Source: Octopus vulgaris (taxonomy: Eukaryota). From it: 64,000 nt of DNA. Shown here piece after piece: positions 61,816-64,000 of the stretch; position 1 is the stretch's first letter; the number at the start of each line of letters is the position of its first letter. Location: NCBI GenBank assembly GCA_951406725.2, contig OX597816.1, forward strand, positions 150,040,001 to 150,104,000, written 5' to 3'. The notes under the pieces were generated by a model, which was given only the letters and a program-made list of their open reading frames with translations, was not told the DNA's origin and made no database searches. A program made the position numbers and the translations under genes.

Positions 61816-62481
61816 GTAAAGGACCTGGGTATCTTGGTGGATTCCTCCTTTTCGCCTTCGGCCCAGTGCGTCCATGCTGCCAACAAAGCACGCGGAATTC
61901 TGTTCTTGATTCGACGGTCATTCGGAATGCTCACAGCAGCCATATTCCTACCACTCTATGTTACGCTGGAGAGACCCATATTGGAGTATGGGATTCAAGC
62001 CTCTTCTACTTATCTCCTCAAAGACATACAGCATCTCGAAAGAGTCCAGAAGCTGGCTACCCGCATGGTTCATGGTCTCAAAAATTTGTCCTATGAAGAA
62101 AGGCTGAGGACGCTCGACCTTTATTCTCTAGAAAAACGCCGCCGCCGTGGTGATCTCATTCTCGCCCACAGCATCATAAGCGGAAAGTGTAACCTCTTGA
62201 AAGAGCTGTTCTTCACTCCTGCTCCAGAGCGTCGGCTGCGGGGTCATTCCGAAAAGCTCTACCTGCGACGATTTCATCTCAATCGAAGGAGAGGAGCTTT
62301 CTCCGTCTGGGTTGCGGATCCGTGGAACAAGCTGCCAGACGATATGGTGAAGATGCCGACGACTGCTTTGTTCAAAGCCTCCCTTGACCTCAAGTGGCCT
62401 GAACTCTTTACATGAACACCACCCTGTACTTAACTCCATGTCCCCCTACATGGCCTTGCTATTTAAATTAACTAACTAACT
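61816..62481 (+). mobile_element. 5'-truncated, apparently young CR1-clade LINE
   Basis: Uninterrupted KDLGILVD...RPILEYG...LERVQKLATRMV...YEERL..LDLYSLEKRRRRGDLI...RGH...WNKLP ORF; short 3'UTR; (TAAC)n tail; candidate TSD aagag (61811-61815 and 62482-62486). Confidence 0.9.
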
Positions 62482-63379
62482 AAGAGAGTGGTTTATGAAA
62501 GGAAAATGAAGAAAGGGACATACATGAAAGACGAAGTCCCCAAATCATCAAAGATTAACTCTGAATAAGAAATGGTTCTGACCTTGATGACATGCTCAAC
62601 TCATACAACCATGGGAAAATGGAAAAGCAGATTTAACAGAAGTGATGTCCATCATCATTATTTATCAAAATTAGATTAATGCATGTTTTTCTATACTTGT
62701 GGGGGTAGACACATCTTGTTATGTACCTCTCATATGTAAGATTCTCAAGTTTGCTCAAGTAATCTTTGACCAGCAACAAGAGCATGTACTTTAATTCACT
62801 GATTCACAATGCATTTTAGCACATCTTACTTATCCATACCAACATGTAACATCTCTCTTATATATATCAGTTAATGTTTTTGATATTCAGCTGTTTTCTC
62901 AACTCATCCATTTACAAGTTTAGGGTTTCATACACGTTAACATGGGTCATTCAGTTGATGATATTTAGCACCACTTTTTTATTGGTTTGGTTTGGGAGAA
63001 GGGCGTGTGTCCATGGCTTTTGCAAGCTATCAAGATTGGTAAAATTAATGAGGCTAATAGTTCTCTTGAACAGTTGCAAAGTAGCAACTACAAGAAATGC
63101 ATGGTCAAGGAAAAAATTCCCAAAGACAAGTATTCTGGAGAGGAAAGCATAATGGTTGGTGAGGGGTTGGTGGGGGAGGGATTAGGAGTGATGAAAGAAA
63201 GTGAGTGAGTGAAGATCATCCAACTTTAAATAGTAGAGGTTATCATAGTAGTAACAATAGAAAATGTAGAGTGAAGAGACAGCATATCCTCTGGGCAAGA
63301 TAAAGTGTGTTGGTAACTTCATGCCAACCAGTCAGGTAATCCCATTTGCCTATTGCCCCTGTGGATCTCACTCAACAGT

Positions 63380-63820
63380 TCATCATCATCATCGTTTAAC
63401 ATCTGTTTTCCATGCTAGCATGGGTTGGACGATTTGCCTGAGTACTAGCGAACCAGATGGCTGCACCAGGCTCCAATCTGATTTGGCAGAGTTTCTACAG
63501 CTGGATGCCCTTCCTAATGCCAACTACTCCGAGAGTGTAGTGGGTGCTTTTACGTGTCATCGGCACGAAGGCCAGTCAGGTGGTACTGGTAACAGCCACA
63601 CTCAAATGGTGTTTTTACATACCACCTGCACAGGAGCCAGTCCAGCATACTGGCAACAACCTCGCTCGAATGTTTTTTTCACGTGCCAGTAACACAACGC
63701 TGGTAACGATCACGCTTGAATGGTGCTTTTTATATGTCACCGGCATGGAAGCCAGTTAGCTGCTCTGGCAACGATCATGCTCAGATGGTGCTCTTAGCAT
63801 TCCACTAGCACAGATGCCTA
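63380..63820 (-). mobile_element. RTE LINE 3'UTR/tail fragment
   Basis: catcatcatcatcgtttaacatctgttttccatgctagcatgggttggacg...; similar to 16038-16420. Confidence 0.85.
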
Positions 63821-64000
63821 CTACTTAATTTTCAAATATCTATATTTCTACTTGTTTTACATATGCTTCTTCAGAGGGAGAAAGAAAATTGTCATTTCAA
63901 AGAAAAGTAGAAGTTTCACAGGCCACATGGATGAAAAGTTAGCACATTCAGCCACAATACTGCATATGACAGTTGTGGTTCTTTGAATTATAAATACAGT

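Overview
AT-rich, microsatellite-rich eukaryotic genomic DNA. The SINE/LINE families look like those of an octopod cephalopod (inference, no search run). The window appears to lie inside one minus-strand gene, the invertebrate L-type voltage-gated calcium channel alpha-1 subunit (Cav1, co-orthologous to CACNA1C/D/F/S). Eleven coding exons (34831 down to 1280; 1529 nt, 509 full codons) join in frame with GT-AG boundaries and encode IS3-end/IS4 through IIS6, including the AID and two pore glutamates. No exon was recognised in 34832-64000 (intron >29 kb), and the next 3' exon lies left of base 1. The intron after the last exon starts with a U12-type donor (GTATCCTTTT). Introns contain RTE, R4/Dong, CR1 and Penelope retroelement remnants, tRNA-derived SINEs, a dead Tc1/mariner, hAT and piggyBac MITEs, and a 1.27 kb CA/TA compound microsatellite. 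The most unusual structure is a series of long near-perfect inverted repeats in the large intron: a 228-bp SINE fold-back, a 144-bp inverted repeat and several small hairpins. These could form pre-mRNA duplexes, relevant to cephalopod ADAR editing. No novel system can be proven from sequence alone, so the findings are testable hypotheses. Repeat boundaries are approximate.
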